DNA of 64,000 nt. It comes from Anthoceros angustus (lineage: Eukaryota > Plantae > Anthocerotophyta). The stretch covers positions 1,551,456-1,615,455 of the forward strand of contig VJWM01000011.1 in the NCBI GenBank assembly GCA_010909165.1. The letters are read 5' to 3'. Shown one piece after another: positions 38,104-50,776 of this stretch. A program made the translations under genes and the position numbers. Under the pieces are notes generated by a model, which was not told where the DNA came from, searched no databases, and saw only the letters and a list, made by a program, of their open reading frames with translations. Position 1 is the stretch's first letter. Every line of letters starts with the position of its first letter.

Positions 38104-41100
38104 CGGCTCCGATTGATGGTGACCGAGCCATGCCCGCTACACGCACAACCCTAAACAAAAGCATACTGTAGACTCCAACTTTGTACCCAGCGGGCCAAGA
38201 ACAAGCCGGGCACAACCCTAAAAGCACCGATCACCTCGTGGCAAGCTCGCGCCTCCACGGATCCGGTTGTAGGGTGTAGACGCAGCTGTGGTGATCCTAC
38301 AAGGTGATACTATCCCACCACCGTGCACATCCAGCTTCCCCTCAGTTCCATGAAAGCCCATCAAGAACCAGCTTAGAAATACAATGAACCAAGGACTACC
38401 TAAACCCAAATGCCACCTCGCCTACCACTTCCCCGCCACCTCAATCCACCACTCCCTTGCCAACCCTTGCCACCCCGTACCAGCAGTCCCCTGCCTCAAC
38501 CCACCACTCGTCCCGCCACATATACCCACCACATGAGCTAAGTCCAAAGCTCTCATCAAAGAAAACGTTTATCAAACATGAGATCTAAGTAACTGCGCTC
38601 CACATATCAGTTCCAGCTCATGCTACATAGTCCACATCGGCGGACCTCAAGATAAGCCTACTCTACCTGTGTGCCGAGATCCTCCTCCTTGTGTGGTGTG
38701 GTGACCTCTTCTGACAGCAACCCTAAATCGAAGTGCGGCGAAGTGCCGCGCGGCAACTCAAAATTTGTTCAGTTACACGCTGATGATCCGTTTGCTCATC
38801 TCGTAAATATGCTACAAAATGATTTAGGTAAGGGCCAGAGTGCCCGCTTACCTGCCTGTTCTCGGGCCCACTTCGTAAACATAGTGTGACAAGTGCCCGC
38901 TGAGTGAGACAATGCCCATCCCAAGTAGTCTCTAAATTTAGACTTTCATTTTGAATATTTTCATGAGTATTTTAATTTTAAATTTTAATCTCATGTAGAA
39001 GTGATATATTTGTATATCTTGTAAAAAATCAGACGAGTTTAGAGAAGAAATAAATTAGTTAAAATTATTAACGTTACATGAGGACAAAATAACAATGTTT
39101 CGTCCGTTTCTCACTAATGTGAGCACCAAACCATGCTTACACCCTGAAGGTAGGACCTGCAGCGCCTCTTGCAATTCAGCATTTGAAGTGCTTAGCATCG
39201 GCGCCGGCCATGGCCACTTTCCTGACAAGTTGCGGGTGGCAGGTAGAGGCTGGCAGTGAATGCGGGGCCCTGTACGACCTCTTCAAGCAACATTGTGATG
39301 GGAAGTCTGTGTTCCCACGGTTCCATATGCATGTCCAGTACGCAACCCGGCATGGGGGTTGTTTGTCTGAAAGGGAGACGGTTGATTTAGGCACTTCGGG
39401 CCGATCGGCGAGGCATGGCGGCAATTCTGGCAGAATCCCATGTTCTTGAACTGCGTGTTTGAGGCGAGGGACAACCCCGGGGCTGGGACACGCACCACAT
39501 CAAAAGGGAAGTCCATCTCGGATGAGCAAATGTGTGGTGAGTCGCGGTGTTTGGAGTGTTCATCATAGCCCGCAGCCTTTCATTCTAACACGCAGCCTCG
39601 ACTCATGCTCGGTTCTTTGGCTACCTTGTAGTACATGGTCCGGCGATCATGCAAGTGTCATGCCCCATGACCGTACACCACGCCCTTGCCCGCGATGGCT
39701 GGCGGCGGTGTGGCAAGATGCGCCGGCTCATCGTTCTTGAAGAAGGCCTTCAAGGCGGACATGAAAGCGCATACCCGGAGGTGATGGGTGTGTTGTCTTT
39801 AAAGGCCTCGTGGCAAGTGCGAACCATCAACATGCGGCCATCAAGGAGGCCGTTGCCCTCATCACTACCGGGGATCCGAGTTTTTCGACATTTTGCACGC
39901 TTCGGGGACCGAAATTTAGCATGGAGGTGAGCATGGTGCGTGAGAGGCTAACCGAGGAGGTCTTGTTTAAAAGTGCTTGCATGTTGGGGGCTTGTCGACG
40001 GAGATTGCGGTGCATGTATTTTGACGCTTCTGGGCCAAGGTGATGCCCATTGTGAACACATATCTTGGAGGTGGTCGCTTTTTTTTCTCCGGTGCTCAAG
40101 GATGTACGAGATGACTTCCTGAATCTGGGACGACTTTTGAGGCATGCACCCCGAGTCAAGAGCATGTTCGCCATGGCGCGGCGGAGGGTGTCTTTGCGGA
40201 AAGGGTCAGTACACCTTCATGCCGCACCTCCGCTGTGTTCTGGGTGAGGCGCCAATTGTGGTGTTTGAAGTACCATTGATGACGGAGGAGACTCCCCACG
40301 GCCATGACGTCGTGGGACATTGCTCCTTCCATTGTATGACTCGAGGACACTATGTGCGGCGAGTCGCCATTTCTCACAACACGGTTTATGGCATGGCCTA
40401 GCGTAGATTGCCGAGCCATTGTAGAGGAAGGCCAAGTCGTGTGTGATGTGTGATGTTCTTGGGATTGTGGACTACATGTTTCGAAATGCCATCCCATTGG
40501 TAATTATTGATCTGCAAGTTGCGTGTTCATTATGCGGTGTTAGCTTGTGAGTATGTGGGGGAATAGCTTGTGCACACAAAAGGAGGCGAATTAATGCACC
40601 CGCTGCGTCGAGGACAACGCGTGGCGTGCGGAATCTTAAGAAAGTGCGGAGGAGCAATGACGCCGCGCCTGCGGGTGCCTCCGAAAATCGCGATGCCGCC
40701 TATTCAATTTCAAGCGGAAGGAAGAGTCCATGCTGGCGCGTTGAGGAGACTCCATTTCTCGCGATCGAGTTGTGGAAATCAGCCATGGCGGGTCATCAGA
40801 GAGCACCGTTTCCGGCCGAGGGCGCGACAGCGAAACACATGGGTGAAGGGACATCGGAACTAATCGCGGTCGGTCGGTGTGCAAGACTGTGAGGCGGGCG
40901 TGAGCAGTGGGGTTGGGGCGGGCAAGGCTAAGGAAAGGAGATGCATTCATTGAGCATGGAACGAAGAAGGCGGCGGTGGCTCGTCGCGGTTGTTTTGGCG
41001 GATGGGGCCACACGAGGCGGGCGGGATCCGTTGGGGCGGAGCGAGCGAGGGACGCAGGCGTGGGCGGCGATGCGGCGGGCGCAGCGTTCCGGTGACACGG

Positions 41101-42329
41101 TAGAGGCGTCGACATCATCAGCCGTCCATGCCCGGTGTTCGCGCTTGCGGGCGACATTCGCCGTCTGCCCGCGGATGGGGCCAGGGACATGGTGGCGCAT
41201 GTCTTGACGGTTGGAGACAAGGGCTGCGGGCTTGGACTCGTGGGTGGTTTTAGTGCGTGCAGGATGGAACCATGCGAAGTGGAGGATGCCCGGATGAGAG
41301 GTGGGCAATGCAGTTGTGACGGCGGGGGTTGCGGCATGCACCGAGGGTATCTATTTCAGCACATGGACACATTTGAAGTGCGGAGGCTGCGAAGAACAAG
41401 GAGCCTCCCGGCTAGGATTGGTGGGTTGGGGCGGGTCCAACGCGAAGGAGAAGGGGATGCGGGCGATGGGTTGGCCGGCGTTGAGAAGAGTCCGGCAATG
41501 GTGGTGTGGTGAGGCGGATGCAGCGAAGTCATCTTCGCTTGGTGACGATGGTCGACGGTGTGCGTGGGTGGTTCGATCGCGGCCACGTGTACCATCGCGC
41601 GGTGGTGGACACGATGCACCTGCAGCTGCGGGGCCATGCATCCTCGCGAAAAGCATGCGTGCGACACGCAAAGGCGATGGGTGGCTGGGTGGAGTGGGGA
41701 TGTGACACTACGGTGCATCGTGTATGGACCGGCCGACAGTTCCGCTTAGATGTGTGGACGGCGGGGACTACATGGGCATGTTGGCGATGGCATGCGGTCG
41801 GATCGGCGGGCGATGACAATTGCCAGCGGGAGGCGAGGGGTGCGCCGGTCGGCAGCAATGTCGGTTGCCGTTCTCCTTGACAACCAGTGCGTATGTGTTG
41901 TCGTGGACAAGGCGTGAGCTTCTTTGCGAAGAGGAGGCGGCTCACGTCATCCTCGAGCACTGCCTTTATGGGGGAGCCGAAATTCCAGTGTAGGGGCTGC
42001 TTGCTACAAAGAGTCTCGTGTTTCTCTTCAACGCGTGCACACCGGTGGCCTATCAGTAGAGTTGTGGGGTGGAAAGGCGTAGGAATAATGGTGGGGTATT
42101 TCTTTGAAACATTGTATCGTGGATTTGTGGAAAGAAGCAAGGCGGGGGCATGAATGTCCTTAGGCATGAAATTTGGAAGCAACCAGCGTTCCGAAGTGAA
42201 TAAGGCACATGCGTATGGGGCCATAGCCAATGAAAAGGAGACAGTGGCAGGAGGATAGAGCCGAGAGATGGCGGAACACCTGGGGAATCATGGGGGACGG
42301 CCCGTGAGATCAGTAGGGAGGTTCGGGAG

Positions 42330-43035
42330 CAGCGGGGCGATGGACGGATTGATGGCGAGGCGAGGGGCGGATGAGGCAGCAGCGGTGTGCAGGCGAAGGA
42401 GGAGATGAGGGTGATATGTGGGGTGGATGCGGGGGGCATGAGCAGAGGGGATGGGGTTGGATGGAGGGCGGGCGGGCGGGGGCAGCGGAGGCGGGATGAG
42501 GAGGCGGGCGCGGGCGGGGCGAGGCGGGCGGGGAGAGGAGGCGGAGGAGCGCGGGCGGGCGCGGAGTGGGAGGGGCAAGGCAGGCGGGCGGCGCAGGCGA
42601 AGGAGGAAGGCGGAGGCGGGGCGTGGCGCCATCCGGGCGAGTGGCGGGCGGGGTGAGGCCGTGGGCGCGCGGAGGGAGGAAGGAGGGGCGGGGTGTGCGG
42701 GAGGGAGGGGCAGGCGGAGGCGGGGCCGAGGCCCGAGGCGGGTCTGGCAGGCGGAGGGGCAGCACAGGCAATGAGGAGGATGGCGGAGGGGCGGAGGAGG
42801 CTTGGTGCGGCCGTATGGCAGTGGCGGCGGAGGGGAGATGGGCGTCGCAGCAAGGGAGATGGAGGCCGAGGCGCGGAAGGACGGAGGGGGGATCCGATGG
42901 AGGAAGGAGGAAGTGTCGAGGTGGAGGTGGGAGCCATCCCCGACTCTGAGCAGGCGGCGGGGAGAGGAAGGCAGTCGGCCGGCTGCCCTTGAGTGGAGAC
43001 TTTGAGGAACATCGCAGAGGGCGGAGGAGGGCGGA
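42330..43035. repeat. G-rich low-complexity tract (Pro-rich on the minus strand)
   Basis: Dense gg(a/c)gg runs. The overlapping ORFs in all frames are compositional. Confidence 0.7.
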
Positions 43036-43254
43036 CTGACATTGAAAGGGCTCGCAGCGAGCCGGGATGCACCAGGAGGTGGTGGCCGCACGGTGCCTGT
43101 GATGGAGAGGTCGCCACGCCGGTCCGCCGAGAACAATAGAAGACGCCCGCAACCTCATCCTACAAAATGTGACCATCACGCGTGGTGTGAACTGGGAGTG
43201 AGGATTGTGCAAGATCGCGGGCCGGCCGCCGTGCCTGAGGTGTGACGGCAGATT

Positions 43255-43855
43255 GCGAGCCATGCACCGGAGGCCATGGAATGAGGTCGCAGCGATTCGG
43301 GCGGTGCAATACACGAATGTAATAATCGATGTACATGTGGCATGGATCGTGGAGTGCGGAACTTGGAGCACATGGTGGTCGCCGAGTTAGCCGCAAAGAC
43401 AACGCATGAAGCTAACGGGTGCGAGTGTGCGGCCGCAGCAGACGCACAAGATGTACATGTTCCACTTCGTGGTGCACGCGTATAGATGGGGCAACGACTA
43501 CATAACGTGGGCGGGCCGGAGGACAACAAGCGGCAGAACAATCTACAAGGCGACGCTGAGGCGGTGCATTACGAGCCATGCGGTAGGAGGCCATGGAATG
43601 AGGTCGCAGCTGCGCGTTGGTGCAATACGAAACAGGCTCGTGTACATGTGGCACATGTGAGTGTCGGAACTTGGAGCACATGGTGGTCGCTGGTCGATAA
43701 CCCGACTGCGCCTGACAAGCTAAGGTCACAGTGTTGTCTTTCGGTACGACAAGATGTACATGTTCCACTTGAGGTGCCGCGGCCATAGATGGGAGCAGCG
43801 CTACATAGTGGCGGTCTTTGGAGGACAACAAGCGGGCGGGAACAATCTACAAAGG
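43255..43855. repeat. Diverged tandem duplication of about 310 bp
   Basis: ggccatggaatgaggtcgcagc at about 43272 and 43589; caagatgtacatgttccactt at about 43447 and 43750. Confidence 0.8.
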
Positions 43856-46800
43856 CGTGCGGAGGTTTGGGCACCCGCAGGATTCGGTCCGATTTGTTGC
43901 GGAGCACAACCTAGTTGAGAGGACTGAACCGAGGCGGAGGCGAGAGAGGCAGGAACTTCATTCGGGGCCATCGGTGCACAATCGGGTAAGGTGGATCTGG
44001 ATGTCATGTGAGATTTGCCGCAATGTGCTTCCACGAATGCGGCTGCGGAACCGGAGCCCGTGCCGGAACATAGCAGGCGTGGTTGGTGGGTGGAGTGCGT
44101 GGTGTGAGGCGGCGCGCCGAGCTTCCGAAGGAGAAGTGGGGCTTCCTACAAGAGGTACATGTTGGAGCTGGCGGTAGTGAGTTGGATACCACGAACCCTT
44201 GGCACATACATTCCTTGCGACATTCATGCCACCATAAGTGAGGCCAGGTGGCGACTTTCGTTGAGTGTGGAACTTGCAGGGGTGAAGAAAATGAGGTTGG
44301 GAGATGATGACATAGCTGGCCCGTCCGCGGAGGCCTTCGAGGAGGAGCGTACGCCGCCCGGTAGGGCCGCCCGCTTATGGGGTAGGACGAGGAGGGGCGA
44401 TTATTAACGACTACTATGTCCTTTGACTACCAGATCGCGCGCGTTGCAACGCCGCAGCTTCCAGGCACCGCCTCCGGGCATCGCGGTCGATGTGGGTGGG
44501 TGAACGCCGCCCCAAGACCGGGTCTCACGTGAACACAATGGGCTTGCTAATGACGACATAAAGGTTTTGTGTCAGGACATGCAAGAGTGGCCGAGGACAT
44601 GGGCATCTGACCCGAGGTGCTTGGAAGTGTACAAATTACACCTCCTGACATGTTGTGGAGCTCACGGACTTGACTCTTTGGGGGTTAGGAACAAGTAGGG
44701 TTTTGCTTTTTCAGAGGTCCACAGATAGTAAAATAAGGTGGAAAGGGCGGCTGCTACCTGATGGTGCTCCCACTGGCCCGAGTGGGTAACTAATTCGCAC
44801 TATTATGCCAGCCCGAGCTACGGATCGCGTAATCGGAGTAACGGATAAGTCCCACTCCCACTCCGGGTGCCAAACAGATAAGTACGCCAGTGAAAGTAAT
44901 TTAGAAGTTGAGCTGCGTGGAGGGCTGCATCGAAGCGGGCGCACGTGGGCTGACCGGGCCCCGGTGGAGGTTTGGACATGCAGCAGTGCCAGACTGAGCC
45001 AAGGGGTCAAGAGCAGCAGTGTGTATTCACGCCCGCTGGACCTGTGGGCGGGGTGCCGTAAGGCTGCAGGTACGCTGCGGCGTAAGGTCGAGGTTATGCG
45101 AGACCTCCTGCAGCTACGAACAAAAAGAGGTACCCTCCCGCTCAGCTGTTATTTCCAAACCAAGGGCCGACGAGGAGGGTCGTTTCTGGCTGTGCGACAC
45201 TCGAGATTCACCCGCAGCCTCAAGGCCCGGCAACCCGGCACCTCCTCCTGGGCGCTTATCTCTTTGAACGCTCGTACCCGCTGCTCACCGCTAGTTGGAG
45301 CAACGAGTCAAGAGGGCGAAGGCGCATGCTGCCAGTCTCTGCACCAATGGAAGCTCTGACTAAAGGAGGAAGAAGGCGATGGGACCTGTGGGCACGTTGG
45401 AGGTATGGGAGCGCAACTTTGCACGGTAGGCAGCAACACCTCACGCCTGCCATTGTCCATCCCGCCCATCCTGTGCCCACTACCAGCCTTGATGTCCGCC
45501 GCACCCGGGACTTGCTCCGAATCGCTGGGTGTGAGGTCCTTAGCCGGACCGTGAGATGCCAGCCTCCCTCAGCCGGACTTTTTGGGGCCTCACCGGTGAC
45601 GGCCGTGGAAGAGACACTTTGAACCTGCCACCATGGACGGAGGCTCTGGGGTCTCGCGGGATGCCGAGAAGACCTAGGAAGTAGAAGCCACCAGGAGGCG
45701 CATGGTGCTCCTCCAGGAGCAGTTGGAGGCGGCCCAGGAGGCGAGGAGGAAGGCAGAAGCTCTCGGCCGCATCGAAGAAGGGAAACGCCGGGAGGCCGAA
45801 AGGGAAGTCTGGTCCATTCGACAGGACCGACTAAATCTCACCGGGTGAGCACCGGGCAGTGCATGAGGCCCAAGCGCTGGTCAAGACCTCCGGGCAGCGG
45901 AGAGGGGTAGCGCACAGAGGCGAGGAGGCCCAGAAGCAGAAGGCTCGCGACTGGCCGAGGCGGCACCGACACCAAGTCGGCAAGCCTGTGAAGGCGGCGA
46001 GGAGGCGGAAGCCCGCTAAGATCGACCGCGATCACTATCGGGCGTGATCGAACCGTGGAGGGAGACGGCAGGATAGCCGCGGGCTAACTCAAGACGGGAG
46101 GAGGCGAGGAGGAGGCGGGCCAGCCATGCCGAGGAGAAGGAAGCCCGCGAAAGGAGATGGAGGATCTCCGACTCCGCGCGAGGTGGAGCAAATGGCGAGA
46201 TGGAAGACCGAAGAGAGACTCGAGTCAGCCCAAGTTACCATTGAGAGGAATGGTACTGCGGCGTGATCACGGATCACGAACGAGATAGAGCGGCTCTAGC
46301 CTCATATGGACGGAGGAGGTACATGGAACAACAGCAGGACGCCGCCGAAATGGAGAAGGACTGGCGAAGCACCTGAAGAGTTGCCCGACCGTCTGAGAGG
46401 GAGATGGCATGGAGCTAAAGCCGTGGATGAACGGGACGAGAGCACCGGACGCAAAAGAAGCCGGTCCAGCGACAAGGCGGCGGGAGCGCCATGGCAAGCC
46501 GGCAAAGCAGAGGGAAACGACGGAGCCGGAGCAAAGTGAGCAACAAGGGCGCGTTGCGGAGAGGTGACCGAGGCGCCTTGTGGCTCGCGAGATTCGCCCG
46601 GCCCAAATGACGAACTGGCAGGAGATGGTCCAAAGAAGTTGACAAAGACGCCCCCGAGCACCAATGGCGAAGGAGTATCGTGCTCCGGGCACATGTGGAA
46701 GAGGCAATCCAAAGAATTGACTCGGATTTTGCCTACCATACCGAGCTCCTTAAGGCATTGAAGCCTCGCCCGCTACAAATCGGACGGACCCCTAAGGCTC

Positions 46801-47462
46801 GAAGGGGATGAAGGGCATGGGGACAAGACGGACCCTAGTGGCCCCTGCTTTGGAGACGACGGCGGGGAGAAGAGCCTCGGAGGAGGAGCAGACGCGCCAA
46901 TACAACGGACCTGTGGTAAGTCCACCGCAACCCCGCCCGGAGGATAGAGGCGGCCCCGAAAGGCGCTGGAAGGAGAGAGCCAACCACCCAAGACAAGGGT
47001 CGGTGGGTAGGATGAGGACCTAGCAAAGAGGTCCCAGATAAGGGGTCCGGAGCTTGGGACCGGGACCCCATAATAAGTTCGGACCCCGAGGTCCGAACCC
47101 GAGATGAGACCGGACCCAGCAGACCGGACTCAGAAGGCGAACTCAAGTTCGACTCGAGTCGAGACCGGACCCCAGGTCCTGACTCGAAGCAAGGAGGAGT
47201 CCCTCCGACTTACGCCGGGGAGCAGCCACGATTCTACCGAGGGACCCACGGGGCCAAGGGGGGAAGATGTTGTGGTAACGGCGTCACCGCCACGTGAGCC
47301 CAACCTCGATGTGATTCCGGAAGAGGAAGGCCGCCGCGGATCATCCGATTGGGTGCGCCGCAACTGTCAGGACGGGAGATTGGACCACCAATACCGAGAC
47401 GGAACCTGTGACCTTCCTGTGCCCACCGCCGACGAAGGAGATAGGAGGAGGAAGCCACCCAG

Positions 47463-49898
47463 GTGGTGACGCCTACTACTCCATGAACTCCCCAAATAGC
47501 ATAAACACATATCCTGTGGTAGACTGCGCCATCGACATCTAGCCAATCAATCACAAAATCCAACCACCGGCGTCTTCATGTCGATCCTTTTGGTATTTCA
47601 ACTTCAATGTTTTGTGCCGCGCAAGTATCCGAATATCCTCTTGGATCGCTTGATAATCTTTGTTGTCGGGGTTGGCCAAGAATCGACTCACAACTCCACT
47701 TGTCTGCCAATGTTGGGCCTTGTCTTGTTGCCAAATATGTAAGACAGCCAACGGCACGTTGATAGAGAGTCTTATCTATCTTCTCTTTCTCCTTTTAGGT
47801 TGTAGGCTCATGCTTCCATCACCTTGCGCTTAATCTTGAATGTCCACTTGATCCTATGCTCTTCCTTCCGTGAGGTAGAGGAGTGATTGCCCAAGTTTTG
47901 TTCTTGAGAAGAGAGTTATACTCTCACGGCTTCTTTCCACTCCTTCGCCTTTGGTCCTTCCAATGCTTCCTTTAGGCTTTGTGGTTCGCCGGCATCTGCC
48001 AATCATGCCTCCTCATATACACATGCATTCATGGATTCCAAGATCTTCTGCGAAGGTTTCCATTGTCTCGTTAATCTTCTCAAGATTGGTTTGTCTCTCT
48101 CGAATACTTCGAGCTTCCTCTTCTTCGTCAACTGCGATAATGCTTTGATCTTCATCTACTTCTTCAACCGCGACATCGAGAATTTCCCTTTCTCCCCCCT
48201 TTATGTCGCATTGTTGAGAAGGTTCGTTGGGCTCAGGAGCAGGTTACTCAAGAGTGTCATCATACTCGGAATCCTCATCAGGGTTGTCAACATACGCCGT
48301 CGGATCCTTCATGATAACCACTGGGGTTGGAGCTCCCACTCCTTTGCTAGGTTCCACAACCTCATTAAATACAACGTCCCTGCTAAAAATGATCTTCTTC
48401 CTTGAAAGATCATACAACAGTAGCCTTAATCTCGAGAGTATCCAAGCATAAGGCACTTCACGCCTTTTGGATCCCATTTTGTTCGGGTTTGCTTGAACGT
48501 GAGCATAAACCACCAACCAAAGATCCTCAAATGGCTTATGTCGGGCTTGGCCGGACCACGCTTCCTCCGGTCATTCCAACAATAGCTTTGGTTGGAACTC
48601 GATTCAAAACATAGGTTCTTTGTAACATGACCTCACCCCAAAACGTACTTCCAAGCCACTATGATGTAACATGCATTTAGCGCCTCCACCGACTTAAGTT
48701 TGCGCTCCCACTCCATTTTGCTCCGGTGTGAGGGATGGTTAGTTGCCTTCCAATTCCATGCTCCTTGCAAAAGCGTTGGAAGTCGGTGGAGATGTATTCA
48801 CCTCCGTTGTCACTACGCAAAGTCTTCGACGTTGTCCACTTGCGTTCTCCACCATGGCTTTCCATTCCTTGAAGAGTGTAAATACACCGGATTTCTCCTT
48901 CATAAGATATGTCCAGTCTTCCTAGTGAAATCATCCACAAACACCGAATGTAGCGGGCTCCGCCATGAGTGGATTTTCATTGGACCACACACATCCGTGT
49001 GTACCAACTCTAGCGCCATCTTTGCTCGTCGTGCAATCTTTGGGAACTTAGTTCGTGTAGCTTTCCCATTATGCACCCTTGGCATAATTGCACCACCCAC
49101 TTCTTTCAAATCCAAGCGAACCATATGTTGGTTCTTCATCAACTGATATTGTCCACACCAATGTGCCCCGCGTTGATGCCATAAATCAATAGATCCAATG
49201 CTATTTTGCGAACTATCCATAAAGGTGCAAGCTTGCCTTCCCATGTACACAACTTGTACAAATTTCCTATCGGACGCCTAGCAATCACTTTAGCATTCGA
49301 TAACTCAGTTGCTGATTGGATCCAAATCCTTTGGAATTGAACACAACCTCATGACTGATCGGCAATTTTGCATGTAAAGAAGATTCCTCGCAAGATGAGG
49401 CACATGATGCACGTCCACTGAGACTCCTCCGGAAGATGGACTCGTAACACTCCTCTTCCCTTGATGTCATGTGACCTATTGTCACCAAGCGCCACCGTAT
49501 GCCCCTCCGCAATACCTCGTAGCTTGAGAACCAAGGAAGGTTATAAGCGAAATCTTTGGGATGCACGAGTCAAGGTACAAACTCTCATCCTTCTTTGATG
49601 AAGTCGCTTGATCTCTTTCGGTGAAGCACGCGAAGATGTGTTCTTGGTCCTTCTCGCTGACTTGATTAGCTTGGGATGATTTCCCCTTCTTCAAGTCTAC
49701 CAATCTTATTTTACAGTCCTTTGCGTGGTGATTGGGCTTCCTGCAATAATAACAAAAGCCTTTCACCTTTCTCTTTGCATCTGTATCCTTTGTCCCTTCT
49801 AGAGACTTGGCTTGCGACGTCTTCCACCGTGATGTGCCCTTCTTCGAGAAGAGTGCCAAGCCTTCGTTGCCTTGTGTCTGGAAAGAACCATCAAGCTC
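47463..49898 (-). mobile_element. Truncated Ty1/Copia fragment (gag zinc knuckle, protease, integrase, partial RT/RNaseH), same family as 56348-60728
   Basis: CYYCRKPNHHAKDC, YLDS, LWHQR, LELVHTDVCGPM and LRSDNGGEY. It is a near-identical inverted match to about 57250-60190, with most of RT deleted at a junction near 47811. Confidence 0.92.
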
Positions 49899-50776
49899 CG
49901 ACGAAGGCAGAATAAACGGACATTGTGCTCCGACACATCGCATATAATGGAATGATACAGAGAAGATTAGCATGGCCCCTATGCAAGGATGACACGCACA
50001 AATCGAGATACAGACGAGCATCATCACACCAAGAAGCACAGACAGGCAATGCCATCATCACTTGCAGACGTCACAGACGGGCATCATGACGCGACGGCGG
50101 CATAGATGGGCAATGCCATCATGACACCAAGGCGTACACGAAAGCCGAAATAAGGAATGACTGCTACATCATGGGGCCTTGTGCAAATCCACCCTTCTGG
50201 ACACTCTGGCTGGGATGACCAGGACCCCGCTGATCCTCAAGATTCGGATGCCTTGAAGCTATGTCCACCGCATTACGAGGGGAACTGCTAGTGAGCAAGT
50301 ACAAGTCATCCATTTCTTGCTCAAAATGCTGCAGATACTGCTCGAAGGTAACATGTCCAGACACGTAGGTTACTACTGGCTACGTCTTGCAATGTACCTT
50401 GCGTGCTTTGTGCCTGGCCATGTGAACCATATTCTACAGCGTCGGCAATAGCTATGATGCCATACAGGTAGGTGAATGACCATTTCAACTCAGGCCCCCA
50501 TAGATATCTCCATTCTCTGCAGCCTGGTCATTAGTCTTGGTTACACATTGTACACTCCCTGGGTTACACAAAGGGGTGCTCTCCAGCCTGAGCAAGAAGG
50601 GCCTTCACCGTTTGAGTATTGAGACTAATACCTGCCATGCACACACTCACAGTTTCAGATGTATCCTGCTTGGGGCATGGCACCGTCTGTGTTGGGAAAG
50701 TAATTCGAAACCCCCAAGTTTCACATAGTATCCACAGCAAGGCCGTGTGCAGTCTTGTCATAGCTCGGTTGGCAGA

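Noticed and set aside
39100-44400. Many long overlapping ORFs, including Pro-rich 282-354 aa ORFs
   Set aside because: High GC and low complexity keep frames open on both strands, and no recognisable domain was found. Left unassigned.
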